Shown here piece after piece: positions 6,808 to 16,603 of a stretch of 20,000 nucleotides of DNA. The notes under the pieces were generated by a model. That model had not been told where the DNA came from. It did not search any database and worked only from the letters and a program-made list of their open reading frames with translations. A program made the position numbers and the translations under genes. How positions within the stretch are numbered: the first letter of the stretch is position 1; each line of letters starts with the position of its first letter. The stretch is from an uncultured virus (IMG/VR IMGVR_UViG_2713896875_000003) (Duplodnaviria; Heunggongvirae; Uroviricota; Caudoviricetes). The stretch is taken from IMG/VR virus record IMGVR_UViG_2713896875_000003, positions 52,394 to 72,393 of that record; one strand, given 5' to 3'.

Positions 6808-8531
6808 TTGAACCTGGTGTAAATTATGCTGATTTATTTGCGAAAGAAGTTCGAAAACATCCTAAGAAATATCCGAAAACGGTTCGTTTAGCAATAGATC
6901 GTTGGTATCGATGGAAGAAACGAAAAGATATTTGGTTTGATGTCGATCGTGCAAATGAAATGATGGACTGGGTAGAATCTTTTATTGTTCATACAAAAGG
7001 CGATATGGTAGGTAAACCATTTCTTTTGGAGCCATGGGAAAAATTCATTTATTCTTGGATTTATGGCTGGGTAAAAGAAAATGAAAAAGGGCAAGTAGTC
7101 CGTGTTACTCGTGAGGCATACGTACAAATACCAAAGAAAAATGGGAAAACACTAATAGCGGTAGGTGCGTTGGGGTATGCGATGTATGGCGAAGGTGCCT
7201 TATCTGTCGATTGCTATGCATGTGCTTCCGATTTTGCCCAAGCGCAATATGCTGCTAAGCCTTTTGCAGCTACTATCCTAAATAATCCAGTGCTATTAGA
7301 TGGGACTAAAATATTTAAAGGTCCAAAAGGCACCGTTTCAAGTATTACGTATGACTATTTATATGGAGATATGGCTTATACAAATAAGTTTATTGTTCAG
7401 ACAAAAAACATTGATAACATAGAAGGTTCCAATCCATATTTTGTTTTAAATGATGAGCTGCATAAACAAGAGAAAATGGAGCAGTACGATAACTTTAAAT
7501 CTGCACAAATTTCATTGCCACAACCGTTAATGTTTAATATTTCTACAGCTGGTAAAGGAAGTAGTTCGGTTGGTATTCGTGTTTATAAAGAAGCAAAAGA
7601 AGTCTTGAAGCGTGATGATAATGATTCAAACTTTGTTTTGATTTATGAACCAAATAAAGGATACGATTGGACAGATAAAAAAGTTTGGGAAATGTGCAAT
7701 CCTAACTGGGGAATATCTGTTGATTTGTCTGCTTTAGAATCAGCCTTTAAAACTGCGCAACGTTCCGCTCACTCGAAAGCTGAATTTTTAACGAAGCATT
7801 TAGATGTGTTTGTGAATGGTGCAGATAATTTTTTTGAACAAGATCAAGTGGAACCGTGTTTGGTTCCCACAAATGAATTAGGAAACTTAAGTGGTGAGCC
7901 ATGTTGGATTGGTTTGGACTTATCTAAAAGCCGAGATTTAACTTGCGTATCATTAAATTTTCCTACATGGGATGCCGAAGGAAAAGCGATACTCAAAGTA
8001 AAACAATTATATTTTATTCCTAGTGAAAATATTGATTTTCGAGAAAAGGAAGATAATGTGCCGTATTCTGAATTAGCAGAACAAGGATTTGTTGAATTTT
8101 GCGATGGTAAGTTAATTGATCAAGAACAAATATTTCATTTTATTGAAGATTGCATGGATTTTTATGATGTTCAACAAGTCAATTATGATCCAGCGATGAG
8201 TGACCGATTAGTTGAAAAATTGGAAAATTTAGGCTTGGAATGTGTGCAAGTTGATCAGTACGCAAGAGTATTGAACTCACCGCTTGAAGATGCCGAGCGA
8301 TTATTTTATGAGCAAAGGATTATGTTTGATAATCCTTTATTTTTGTATTGCGCTTTAAATGTGGTTGTCAAAATGGATTTTCAAGGCCGTAAAGTACCAA
8401 GTAAAAATCAGTCAAAGAGAAAGATCGATGGATTTGTTGCTTTCCTTTGTGCGCATAAGGAAACAATGGATCAAATGATTGATGTCAACGAAGATGATAT
8501 GGATGAATATTTAGATTCTATCTATCGATAA
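6804..8531 (+). CDS. terL: Terminase large subunit
   Basis: LEPWEKF; Walker A IPKKNGKT; Walker B VLNDELH; ISTAG; nuclease motifs IGLDLS, YDP and KIDG. Confidence 0.97.
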   Translation: MIEPGVNYADLFAKEVRKHPKKYPKTVRLAIDRWYRWKKRKDIWFDVDRANEMMDWVESFIVHTKGDMVGKPFLLEPWEKFIYSWIYGWVKENEKGQVVRVTREAYVQIPKKNGKTLIAVGALGYAMYGEGALSVDCYACASDFAQAQYAAKPFAATILNNPVLLDGTKIFKGPKGTVSSITYDYLYGDMAYTNKFIVQTKNIDNIEGSNPYFVLNDELHKQEKMEQYDNFKSAQISLPQPLMFNISTAGKGSSSVGIRVYKEAKEVLKRDDNDSNFVLIYEPNKGYDWTDKKVWEMCNPNWGISVDLSALESAFKTAQRSAHSKAEFLTKHLDVFVNGADNFFEQDQVEPCLVPTNELGNLSGEPCWIGLDLSKSRDLTCVSLNFPTWDAEGKAILKVKQLYFIPSENIDFREKEDNVPYSELAEQGFVEFCDGKLIDQEQIFHFIEDCMDFYDVQQVNYDPAMSDRLVEKLENLGLECVQVDQYARVLNSPLEDAERLFYEQRIMFDNPLFLYCALNVVVKMDFQGRKVPSKNQSKRKIDGFVAFLCAHKETMDQMIDVNEDDMDEYLDSIYR

Positions 8532-8549
8532 TAGAAAGGCAGTGAGATT

Positions 8550-9776
8550 TTGAAGCTAAGAGATAGACTTTCAAATGCTGTATATGGATTTTTGGAAAAG
8601 CGTGGCTGGATTGAAGATATTTATGGCAATGTAACAAGATATTCACAACGTTTTGTTAACGATTCTTCTATTATGGAATCGTCTGATGTTTATGAATTGG
8701 TGCAAGATATTTCTAATCAAGTTGCACTAGCAGAGCCAGTAGTAATTGGCCCTGATGGCGAAGAAGTCAAAAACCATTTCTTGCTAAACATATTGAAAAA
8801 TCCTAATGATTATTTAACTGGTTTTGAATTTGCAAAGCTTGAAACAAATACATTGTTAATCAATGGAGAAGCTTTTCCTATTACAGATAATGACCAGTTA
8901 CATTTAGGATATGGTGTTCAAACGAAATTAGATGGTCGTTTGATTGAAAAATTTTCAATGAATGGCCAACCAATACCAGGGAGTATGATTCGTCATATAA
9001 AAAATATTGGTGTGGATTCATTAAAAGGTGCTGGAATTATTGATCTTGCGAAAAGCACGCTAGAAGGTGTTTTAAGTGCTGAAAAGGTTTTGACAGAAAA
9101 ATATAAGAAAGGCGGCTTGCTCGCTTTCTTGTTAAAGCTGGATGCGCATATCAATCCAAATAACAGCGCTCAACAAAAGATAGTAAAAGCTATTTTAAAT
9201 CAGTTGGAAGAAACGCAAGATAATGATAGTCATTCAGTTAAAATGATTCCTTTGGGCAAAGGATACTCAATTGATACTTTAAAAAGCCCAATTGATGATG
9301 CAGCTATTCTTAATTATTTGGGTGTTTACAAAAAAGACCTAGGAAAATTTTTAGGAATAGATGTAAATACTTATCAAGCATTAATGAGAACAGATATTGA
9401 AAAAGCAATGATGTATCTGCACAACAAAGCAATTAAACCAATATTAAAAAATAAGAGCGAGCATTACTCGGCTCTTTTTTTTGTGCCTAATTCTGGTTAT
9501 CGAGTGGAATGGAAAATTAATATTTTGGACTTTGTACCTTATTCCACCAAAACAAATATTGGGTACAACATTGTTCGAACTGGTATTACCAGTCCTGATA
9601 ATGTGGCAGAAATGCTTGGTTTTCCTAGACAAAATACTAAAGCAACACAAGCCGTCTATATTTCAAATGATTTAACGGAAATCGGCAAAAAGAATGCTAC
9701 CGATAACTCATTGACAACAGAGGATGACTTGAAGGGAGGTGGTAAGAATGAAGAAACAGGAAATTCGGACATTTGA
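8550..9776 (+). CDS. Portal protein, HK97 family
   Basis: ILKNPNDYLTGFEF, LLINGEAF, MIRHIK; follows terL; 408 aa. Confidence 0.93.
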   Translation: MKLRDRLSNAVYGFLEKRGWIEDIYGNVTRYSQRFVNDSSIMESSDVYELVQDISNQVALAEPVVIGPDGEEVKNHFLLNILKNPNDYLTGFEFAKLETNTLLINGEAFPITDNDQLHLGYGVQTKLDGRLIEKFSMNGQPIPGSMIRHIKNIGVDSLKGAGIIDLAKSTLEGVLSAEKVLTEKYKKGGLLAFLLKLDAHINPNNSAQQKIVKAILNQLEETQDNDSHSVKMIPLGKGYSIDTLKSPIDDAAILNYLGVYKKDLGKFLGIDVNTYQALMRTDIEKAMMYLHNKAIKPILKNKSEHYSALFFVPNSGYRVEWKINILDFVPYSTKTNIGYNIVRTGITSPDNVAEMLGFPRQNTKATQAVYISNDLTEIGKKNATDNSLTTEDDLKGGGKNEETGNSDI

Positions 9777-10320
9777 CATCACAAACCTTAAAACAAGAAG
9801 CGAAGAAGATAGTCAAACACAGATTGTTACTGGCTATGCGGCGGTGTTTAATAGTCCAACAGAATTATGGGAAGGCCTAAATGAAGTGATTAAGCCTGGA
9901 GCTTTCAGTCGTGCTTTGTCAAATTCTGATGTTCGTTGTTTATTCGATCATGACTGGGGCAAAGTATTAGGGCGCACAAGAAGTGGAACTTTGAAACTTG
10001 AAGAAGATGATAAGGGACTACGATTTGAAGTGGAGTTGCCCAATACAACCATTGCCAATGACTTGATTCAATCAATGTCACGTGGGGACATTAATCAGTG
10101 TAGCTTTGGTTTTTATCCAACGGAAGAAACTTGGGATTATAGTTCAGACCCAGTTTTAAGAACTATCCATGAAGTCGAATTGTATGAAGTTTCTATTGTT
10201 TCTTTGCCTGCTTACGAAGATACAGAAGCAGCACTAGCAAGAAACAAACAAGAAATGAAGCAGGATATTAAAACTAGAAAAAAATTAATTGAAAAAATTA
10301 AAACAGCGCTTCAAGCGTAG
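9748..10320 (+). CDS. Prohead protease, HK97 family
   Basis: ATG 9748 after GGAGGT; GYAAVFN, LFDHD, LGRT, CSFGF, LYEVSIVSLPAY. Confidence 0.95.
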   Translation: MKKQEIRTFDITNLKTRSEEDSQTQIVTGYAAVFNSPTELWEGLNEVIKPGAFSRALSNSDVRCLFDHDWGKVLGRTRSGTLKLEEDDKGLRFEVELPNTTIANDLIQSMSRGDINQCSFGFYPTEETWDYSSDPVLRTIHEVELYEVSIVSLPAYEDTEAALARNKQEMKQDIKTRKKLIEKIKTALQA

Positions 10321-10332
10321 GAGGAATTTATT

Positions 10333-11697
10333 ATGAACAAAGAATTATTGCGTCAATTACAAGCTCGTCACGAGAAACGATTAAGTGATTTACAAGGCAA
10401 AATTGAATCTGGAGAAGTGCGTGAAGCAGATTTAGATTCAGTTAATGAAGAAATTGATGGTTTAATCGATGAATTAAAAGCCATTAAAGCTGAATCAGGG
10501 GATGATAATTCAGAATCTGGTGACGGTAAAGGCGATGATGGAACCGCTAAATCCGATAATACTGATGATGAAAATAAAGAAGATCGTGAAAAAGATACGA
10601 ACGAAAATAACAATGATAAAAACGAAGAAAATCGTGGCGGCATGATTAGTCAAGAACAGCGTGATGGCTTGTTACGCACAATTCATGAAGGAATGGAGGC
10701 TAGAAATGCGATGTCTAATGAACAACGTGAAAAACAAATTCGTAAAGCATTTGCCGATTTCGTTGTTGGTAATATTTCAGAAAGTGAAGCACGTTCATTA
10801 GGTATTGAAACAGGCAATGGTTCAGTGACAGTACCAGAAGTGATTGCATCCGAAGTGATTTCTTATGCTCAAGAAGAAAACTTATTGCGTAAATACGGAA
10901 CGGTGATTCGCACGGCTGGCGATGTGAAGTATCCAATTCTTGTGAAAAAAGCAGAGGCTAATGTAAACAAAAAAGAACGTACGACAGATATTACTGAAAC
11001 AGCGATTCAATTTGATGAAATTTTACTTGATCCAGCAGAATTTGATGCATTGGCAACTGTAACGAAAAAACTATTAAAAATGTCTGGTGTGCCAGTAGAA
11101 GATATTGTTGTAGAAGAATTGAAAAAAGCATATGTTCGCAAAGAAATTAATTATATGTTTAATGGCGACGATGCAGGAAATGAAAACCCAGGAGCTTTAG
11201 CTAAAAAAGCTGTTGCATTTGAAAAACCTGTAGATTTAACAGCTGCAGGTGCTGGTCAAAAATTATATGATGCATTGATTGAATTTAAAAATACACCAGT
11301 AACAGAAGTAATGAAAAAAGGGCGTTTTATTATTAATCGTGCAGCTTTAACTGCTATTGAAAAAATGAAAACAGATGATGGATTCCCATTGTTACGACCA
11401 TTCACGCAAGCAGAAGGTGGTATTGGTTATCAATTGGTTGGTTATCCAGTTGATTGGACCGATGCAGCAGATAAAAAAGGTGAACCAGATACACCAGTAT
11501 TATATTTTGGTGATTTTTCTGCTTTCAAAATTCAAGAAGTTATTGGAGCGTTAGAAATTCAAAAATTGGTTGAAAAATTCTCTGGAAAAAATCAAGTTGG
11601 TTTCCAAATTTACAACTTGTTAGATGGCCAATTAGTTTACTCACCATTCGAGCCAGCTGTTTATCGTTATGAAATTACAAAACCAGTAGGTGGTTAA
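10333..11697 (+). CDS. Major capsid protein, HK97 fold, with N-terminal delta (scaffold) domain
   Basis: RBS AGGAGG; coiled-coil N-terminus; GSVTVPEVIASEVI, MFNGD, LVGYPV, YFGDFS. Confidence 0.95.
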   Translation: MNKELLRQLQARHEKRLSDLQGKIESGEVREADLDSVNEEIDGLIDELKAIKAESGDDNSESGDGKGDDGTAKSDNTDDENKEDREKDTNENNNDKNEENRGGMISQEQRDGLLRTIHEGMEARNAMSNEQREKQIRKAFADFVVGNISESEARSLGIETGNGSVTVPEVIASEVISYAQEENLLRKYGTVIRTAGDVKYPILVKKAEANVNKKERTTDITETAIQFDEILLDPAEFDALATVTKKLLKMSGVPVEDIVVEELKKAYVRKEINYMFNGDDAGNENPGALAKKAVAFEKPVDLTAAGAGQKLYDALIEFKNTPVTEVMKKGRFIINRAALTAIEKMKTDDGFPLLRPFTQAEGGIGYQLVGYPVDWTDAADKKGEPDTPVLYFGDFSAFKIQEVIGALEIQKLVEKFSGKNQVGFQIYNLLDGQLVYSPFEPAVYRYEITKPVGG

Positions 11698-11698
11698 T

Positions 11699-11980
11699 GT
11701 GAATAACGAAGCTGAAACATTATCTTTAGAAGAAAAATTCAAAGCACATATTCATTTTGAAGAGGGGATGGATGATTCCATGCTCTCTTTTTATTTAAAT
11801 ATGGCAAAAAATTATGTGAAAACTGCAACTGGAGGGCAAGAAGAATATTTAATTTTGATGGTTGCTGGTATTGCTTATGAATATCGTGTTTCAGAAGATG
11901 AATTAGATAAGGCGTTGAATGCGATCACGCCATTTATCATCCAAGGAGTGATTCAACATGCCGAAGAGGCAGACGAATAG
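11699..11980 (+). CDS. Head-tail connector (HK97 gp6-like)
   Basis: FKAHIHF...DDSMLSFYLNMAKNYV...YEYR; follows the capsid gene; start is GTG 11699 or GTG 11690. Confidence 0.85.
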   Translation: MNNEAETLSLEEKFKAHIHFEEGMDDSMLSFYLNMAKNYVKTATGGQEEYLILMVAGIAYEYRVSEDELDKALNAITPFIIQGVIQHAEEADE

Positions 11981-12284
11981 GTTTCGATGGAAAGCGGACT
12001 TGCTAAATGTAAAAGAAGAAACAGATTCGAACGATAAAGTGGTTACGACCTATAAACTTAATAGGCTTTTATGGTACGAAGATATTGGAGTAACTGCACA
12101 AGAAAAATATCTTTCACAGCAAGCCAAAACAGACGTTGTCAGACGGATTAAAGTGAGATTGGATAAATCTATCACAGAAAAGTTTAGCGCTGTTAGAATC
12201 GATTCTGTGACCTATAAAATCACTCGTATTTACACAAATATGGATAAACGAGAAATGGAGTTGAGTTTGGCTTATGTTGACTGA
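11958..12284 (+). CDS. Head closure/head-tail adaptor (SPP1 gp16-like)
   Basis: Synteny, size, and beta-rich pattern IDSVTYKITRI...EMELSL. Confidence 0.75.
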   Translation: MPKRQTNRFRWKADLLNVKEETDSNDKVVTTYKLNRLLWYEDIGVTAQEKYLSQQAKTDVVRRIKVRLDKSITEKFSAVRIDSVTYKITRIYTNMDKREMELSLAYVD

Positions 12285-12606
12285 TTTTGAAACATTTAAA
12301 AAGGCACTCTTGGATTCTAGCTATAAAGTTTTTAGAGATCAAGCACCAAAGAATACACCATATCCGTATCTTATTTATTCGTATATTGGAGAAACTCAAA
12401 AATGGGCTTCAAATAAATTTATTGTGTCTAAAGGATTATATCAAGTATCGCTTTTTACAAAAGGAATTGAACAAGATTTGAATCCGTTAAAAAAAAGCTT
12501 TAAAAATTATAGTATTCATTTTAATGGTTTTTCTTCTATACAAGGAGATGAAAATGATGATACGATTACTAATTTTTATACAGAGGTGACTATTTACAAT
12601 GAGTAA
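12274..12606 (+). CDS. Probable tail terminator/completion protein (SPP1 gp17-like)
   Basis: APKNTPYPYLIYS...YQVSLFT pattern; in the neck module. Confidence 0.65.
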   Translation: MLTDFETFKKALLDSSYKVFRDQAPKNTPYPYLIYSYIGETQKWASNKFIVSKGLYQVSLFTKGIEQDLNPLKKSFKNYSIHFNGFSSIQGDENDDTITNFYTEVTIYNE

Positions 12607-12955
12607 TAACGGATTTTTAGATATGGCTAATCATTTAGGAACGATAGCGGAAGTTACAGAAGAAATAACAAAAGAATCATTAGAAGAAGCTGCAAATTTT
12701 TATTTGAATAAACTACTTCCTAAAGTCCCTAAATCATTACTTAAAAAGAAACATATGCGAGATCAATTAAAAGTTGAAGTAACTAATGAAGGTGTAGAAG
12801 TAGTTTTTGAAGATACAGCTTTTTATTGGCGATTCGCTGAAAATGGAACAGTAAATCAAAAAGCGCAACATTTTGCCAGCGGAACATTTGAACAATATAA
12901 AAGTCAAATAGAGATGATTATGACTAAAAAAATAATGAATAAAATGAAAGGATGA
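12599..12955 (+). CDS. HK97 gp10-family neck/tail completion protein
   Basis: HMRDQL...AFYWRFAENGTVNQKAQHF motif. Confidence 0.85.
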   Translation: MSNNGFLDMANHLGTIAEVTEEITKESLEEAANFYLNKLLPKVPKSLLKKKHMRDQLKVEVTNEGVEVVFEDTAFYWRFAENGTVNQKAQHFASGTFEQYKSQIEMIMTKKIMNKMKG

Positions 12956-12960
12956 ATAGC

Positions 12961-13608
12961 ATGTCAAGTATTAGTACGAAAGACAAACAATTATTATATC
13001 CAATTGGTATCGATGATTTATTCATTGTAATGTGGACACAATCAGAAACAGTAAGTTCGGGGCCGACATTTGATAGTGAAATTTGGAGATTGCCAAACAT
13101 TGTAAAATTAGGCATTAAAGGTAATGGTAGCACAAAAGATAAATGGGCTTCTAATAAACTATTTGCACGTGTAAGTCGAGAAACACAGCATGAATTAACA
13201 TTAGATCACGTGGCTATTCCAATTGCTATTTGGGATAAAATGAAAGGTGCTGTTAGTAAGAATGGTGTTTCTTTTTCAAAATCAACACCTAAAGAAATGC
13301 CATATTTTGCGGTAGGTGCTATTGGACCATTATCTAATGGTGAAAAAAGTGCTTTTTGGTATCCAAAAGTTCAACTTGCCATTGCGGAAGAACATGAATT
13401 TGAAACAGCAACCGAAGATATGGATATTAAAGATATTTCTTGTACGATGACAGCGACAAGTTTATTAGTTAATGATGTTATTAAATCAGATTATAATTCT
13501 GTTCGCTCTAGTGTAACTAATATGACTGTTGAAAAATTCATGAGTAAAGTAATTTATGATGAATCTCAGTTGGAGGATTCTTTACTTGGAGAAAGAGAGA
13601 GTGAATAA
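12961..13608 (+). CDS. Major tail (tube) protein, phi13-like
   Basis: IGIDDLF, WASN, PYFAVG, FWYPKVQL; start is ATG 12961 (after AAAGGA) or ATG 12952. Confidence 0.85.
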   Translation: MSSISTKDKQLLYPIGIDDLFIVMWTQSETVSSGPTFDSEIWRLPNIVKLGIKGNGSTKDKWASNKLFARVSRETQHELTLDHVAIPIAIWDKMKGAVSKNGVSFSKSTPKEMPYFAVGAIGPLSNGEKSAFWYPKVQLAIAEEHEFETATEDMDIKDISCTMTATSLLVNDVIKSDYNSVRSSVTNMTVEKFMSKVIYDESQLEDSLLGERESE

Positions 13609-13610
13609 TA

Positions 13611-14039
13611 ATGGCAAAATTACGCGATTTAGTAAATGTAAATATTAATGTTGATTATTTAGAAATACAAGGAGAAAAAATTCCTATTATGTTTTCAATG
13701 TCAGCATTAGATTATATTCAAGAAGCTTATGGAAAGCCGTATCCTATTTTTGAAAAAGATTTGAATCAAATGCTACAAAAAGATCAAGTAACGTTACGTG
13801 GTAATGAATTAAAAATTATTCGCTCATTGATGTACGGCATGGTGCGAGCTGGTGGTACTGAATGTACGATTAAAGAGCTAGAAGGTGCCATTGCAATTAA
13901 TGAAATTGTCAGTGCTTATGAAACGGTTATGGATGTTTTCGTGAACGGAAACTTCCAACAAAAAGATTTAGAAACAGTAAAAAAGCAACCGAAAAATCGA
14001 AACAAGCGCAGCCAAAATCGAAACAAGCGGAAGAAATAG
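13611..14039 (+). CDS. Tail assembly chaperone (gpG-like)
   Basis: Between tail tube and TMP; FSMSALDYIQEAYG; slippery A AAA AAG near the 3' end. Confidence 0.85.
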   Translation: MAKLRDLVNVNINVDYLEIQGEKIPIMFSMSALDYIQEAYGKPYPIFEKDLNQMLQKDQVTLRGNELKIIRSLMYGMVRAGGTECTIKELEGAIAINEIVSAYETVMDVFVNGNFQQKDLETVKKQPKNRNKRSQNRNKRKK

Positions 14040-14233
14040 AAATTCCTTGGGATTTTTATTTAAATGTAGCAATGGACTTGTTTGGTTGGGATGTAAATTT
14101 TTTTATGAACTGTACGCCAAATTTTTGGTTAAAGCAGTTCATTTTTTATTTGCGTAGAAATAATCCTGATGCGTTCGAGTTTGAACAGAATGATAGGATT
14201 TATACGATGGATCAAACACCATTTTTTAATTAG
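13979..14233 (+). CDS. -1 frameshift extension of the tail chaperone (gpGT-like), fused to the ORF starting at 13611
   Basis: A AAA AAG at 13979-13985 in the correct phase; the -1 frame is open to TAG 14231-14233 (..EEIEIPWDFYLNVAMDLFGWDVNFFMNCTP..DQTPFFN*). Confidence 0.8.
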   Translation, partial: KKATEKSKQAQPKSKQAEEIEIPWDFYLNVAMDLFGWDVNFFMNCTPNFWLKQFIFYLRRNNPDAFEFEQNDRIYTMDQTPFFN

Positions 14234-14248
14234 AAAGTAGGTGAGAAC

Positions 14249-16603
14249 TTGGCAAAGCATGAATCAGACGTTGTTTTACGATTTAAAATGGATGGACAGG
14301 TACAATATGCACAAACTATAAAAGAAATTAATCAAGTGATGAATACCGCAGCAAAAGAGTACAAGGCTCATATTTCAGCATTAGGGAATGATGCTACTGC
14401 AACCCAAAAATTAGTAGCTCAACAAAAAAAGCTACAAGTGCAAACAGAAGCAGCTGAAAAACGTACCAAAATGTTACGAAAAGAGTATGAGGAATCGGTA
14501 AAAGCAACTGGTGAAAATTCAAAAGAAAGTAAAAAATTATATGATCGTTTGCTACAAGCCGAAACTGCCGAAAATAATTTAAAAAATGCGTTGGACAAAA
14601 CCAATAAGGAACTTAAAGAGCAAGAAAAAGCTTCAAAATTTGCTGCAGATAATATAAAAAAAATAGGTGAAGCTGGCGAAAAAATTAAAGGAGTAGGTAC
14701 TAAAATAACTGCAGGTGTGACAGTACCTATCATGGCAATAGGTGGTTTTGCTACTAAGCAAGCAATAGAAGTAGAAACACAATTTGCTAAAGTTTCTACT
14801 CTTTTAGATTCAAGTCAAGTTGATTTTCAAAAATATAAAAATGAAATTGCAAAAACTGCAACAGATATGGGTGTGTCCTTTGAAGAATATTCTGAATCAG
14901 TTTATTCAGCTATATCAGCATCAGTTGATCAAGCTGATGCTGTTAATTTTGTGGGTGATGCAGTTAAATTGGCTAAGGGTGGTTTTACTGAAACTGCAAC
15001 TGCGGTAGATTTATTAACAACAACGATTAATGCATATAATTTAAAAGCTACTGATGCAGGAAAAATTTCGGATTATTTAATTTCTACTCAAAATTTAGGT
15101 AAAACAACTGTAAATGAGTTAGCTTCATCTATGGGGAAAGTAATTCCAATAGCTAATGCTAATAATGTAGGGATGAATGAATTATCAACTGCTTATGCTG
15201 TTATGACCAAAAATGGTATTGCTACAGCAGAAACTGGAACTATGGTAAAAGCCATGTTAAATGAGTTAGGAAAAACTGGTAGTCAAGCTGATAAAGCTTT
15301 GAAAGAGATTGCAGGAAAATCATTTAAACAATTAATGGATGAAGGGAATAATTTATCTGATGTCCTTAATTTGATGAATGAACATGCTCATAAGAATGGT
15401 TTAGCATTAAATGATATGTTTGGATCTGTTGAAGCAGGAACTGCAGCACTAACACTTTCAAAAGGTGAGGGTTCTGAATACAATGAAATTTTAAAACAAA
15501 TTAATGATTCAGCAGGTGCTACTCAAGAAGCTTTTGATAAAATGGATGATACACCAGCACGAAAAATGGAAAAGGCGCAACTAAGAATTGCTGATGCAAT
15601 GCGACAAGTTGGGGAAGTTGTGATACCTATAGTAGCTGATATTGCAGAAAAAGTTTCTCAATTTGTAACTGCATTTTCAAATTGGTTTGGTTCATTAGAT
15701 GAAGGTTCAAAACAAACAATATTAATGATAGCTGGTGTTGTTGCTGCTATCGGTCCAGTATTAGTAGTTTTAGGAACACTTGCTAGTTCCATTAGTAGTT
15801 TAATTCCAGTTATTGCTTTTATTGCGTCGCCAATTGGTTTAGTAATTGCGGCGGTTGCCGCTTGGGTAGCTGCAATCGTAGTTGCATATAATAAAATCGG
15901 TTGGTTTAGGGATTTTATCAATACCTCCTTTAAAGTAATTAAAGATATTGTGGTTGGTGTATTTAATGTTTTGAAAGATACGACAAAATCTACTTTTGAT
16001 TTCATCACAGGATTTATTGGTGGTGCCATGGATGGGGCTGCAAAAATTATTGGCGATTACGTAAATGCAATTAAGCGTATTTTTGGCGGTATCGTTGATT
16101 TTGTAACGGGAGTATTTACTGGAGACTGGTCAAGAGCGTGGCAAGGTGTTGTTGACATTTTTGGTGGTATTTTTGAAGGTATCGCTGCAGTAGCTAAAGC
16201 TCCAATCAATACCATGATTACGTTAATCAATGGATTTATTGGTGGATTAAACAATATAAAAATACCTAAATGGGTGCCAGGAATTGGCGGTAAAGGATTT
16301 CATATTGGAAAAATTCCTTATTTAGCAGAAGGTGGAACGATTCTAAATGGTCAAGCCATTGTTGGTGAAGCTGGTCCTGAACTATTAACCGCTAAAAACG
16401 GCAAGACAACTGTAACTCCATTGTCACCAGAAGAAAAAGCTCGTGGAATTGGTGGTGCTTTGAAAGGTGGCAACACTATTGAGCAACATGTTCATATTGG
16501 CCAAGTAGATGCAAATAATCCGAGTGAGTTAGATCGAATGAATCGCAAGCTTTATAAAGCAAGTGCGCAAGCTTTCTATGACTTAGGAGGTGTTCCAACG
16601 TGA
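14249..16603 (+). CDS. Tail tape measure protein (TP901 family core)
   Basis: TTG start after AGGTGAG; 784 aa; coiled-coil N-terminus; KITAGVTVPI; hydrophobic segment; FTGDWSRAWQG; IPYLAEGG...VGEAGPE. Confidence 0.95.
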   Translation: MAKHESDVVLRFKMDGQVQYAQTIKEINQVMNTAAKEYKAHISALGNDATATQKLVAQQKKLQVQTEAAEKRTKMLRKEYEESVKATGENSKESKKLYDRLLQAETAENNLKNALDKTNKELKEQEKASKFAADNIKKIGEAGEKIKGVGTKITAGVTVPIMAIGGFATKQAIEVETQFAKVSTLLDSSQVDFQKYKNEIAKTATDMGVSFEEYSESVYSAISASVDQADAVNFVGDAVKLAKGGFTETATAVDLLTTTINAYNLKATDAGKISDYLISTQNLGKTTVNELASSMGKVIPIANANNVGMNELSTAYAVMTKNGIATAETGTMVKAMLNELGKTGSQADKALKEIAGKSFKQLMDEGNNLSDVLNLMNEHAHKNGLALNDMFGSVEAGTAALTLSKGEGSEYNEILKQINDSAGATQEAFDKMDDTPARKMEKAQLRIADAMRQVGEVVIPIVADIAEKVSQFVTAFSNWFGSLDEGSKQTILMIAGVVAAIGPVLVVLGTLASSISSLIPVIAFIASPIGLVIAAVAAWVAAIVVAYNKIGWFRDFINTSFKVIKDIVVGVFNVLKDTTKSTFDFITGFIGGAMDGAAKIIGDYVNAIKRIFGGIVDFVTGVFTGDWSRAWQGVVDIFGGIFEGIAAVAKAPINTMITLINGFIGGLNNIKIPKWVPGIGGKGFHIGKIPYLAEGGTILNGQAIVGEAGPELLTAKNGKTTVTPLSPEEKARGIGGALKGGNTIEQHVHIGQVDANNPSELDRMNRKLYKASAQAFYDLGGVPT

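Noticed and set aside
272..15008. Short plus-strand out-of-frame ORFs (272-463, 5746-5973, 9481-9675, 12287-12481, 14820-15008)
   Set aside because: Wholly or mostly nested in real genes, no recognisable motifs; likely chance ORFs
15700..16250. Hydrophobic and periodic F/W/G-rich segments of the TMP considered as a separate membrane protein or DNA repeat
   Set aside because: These are normal features of tape measure proteins
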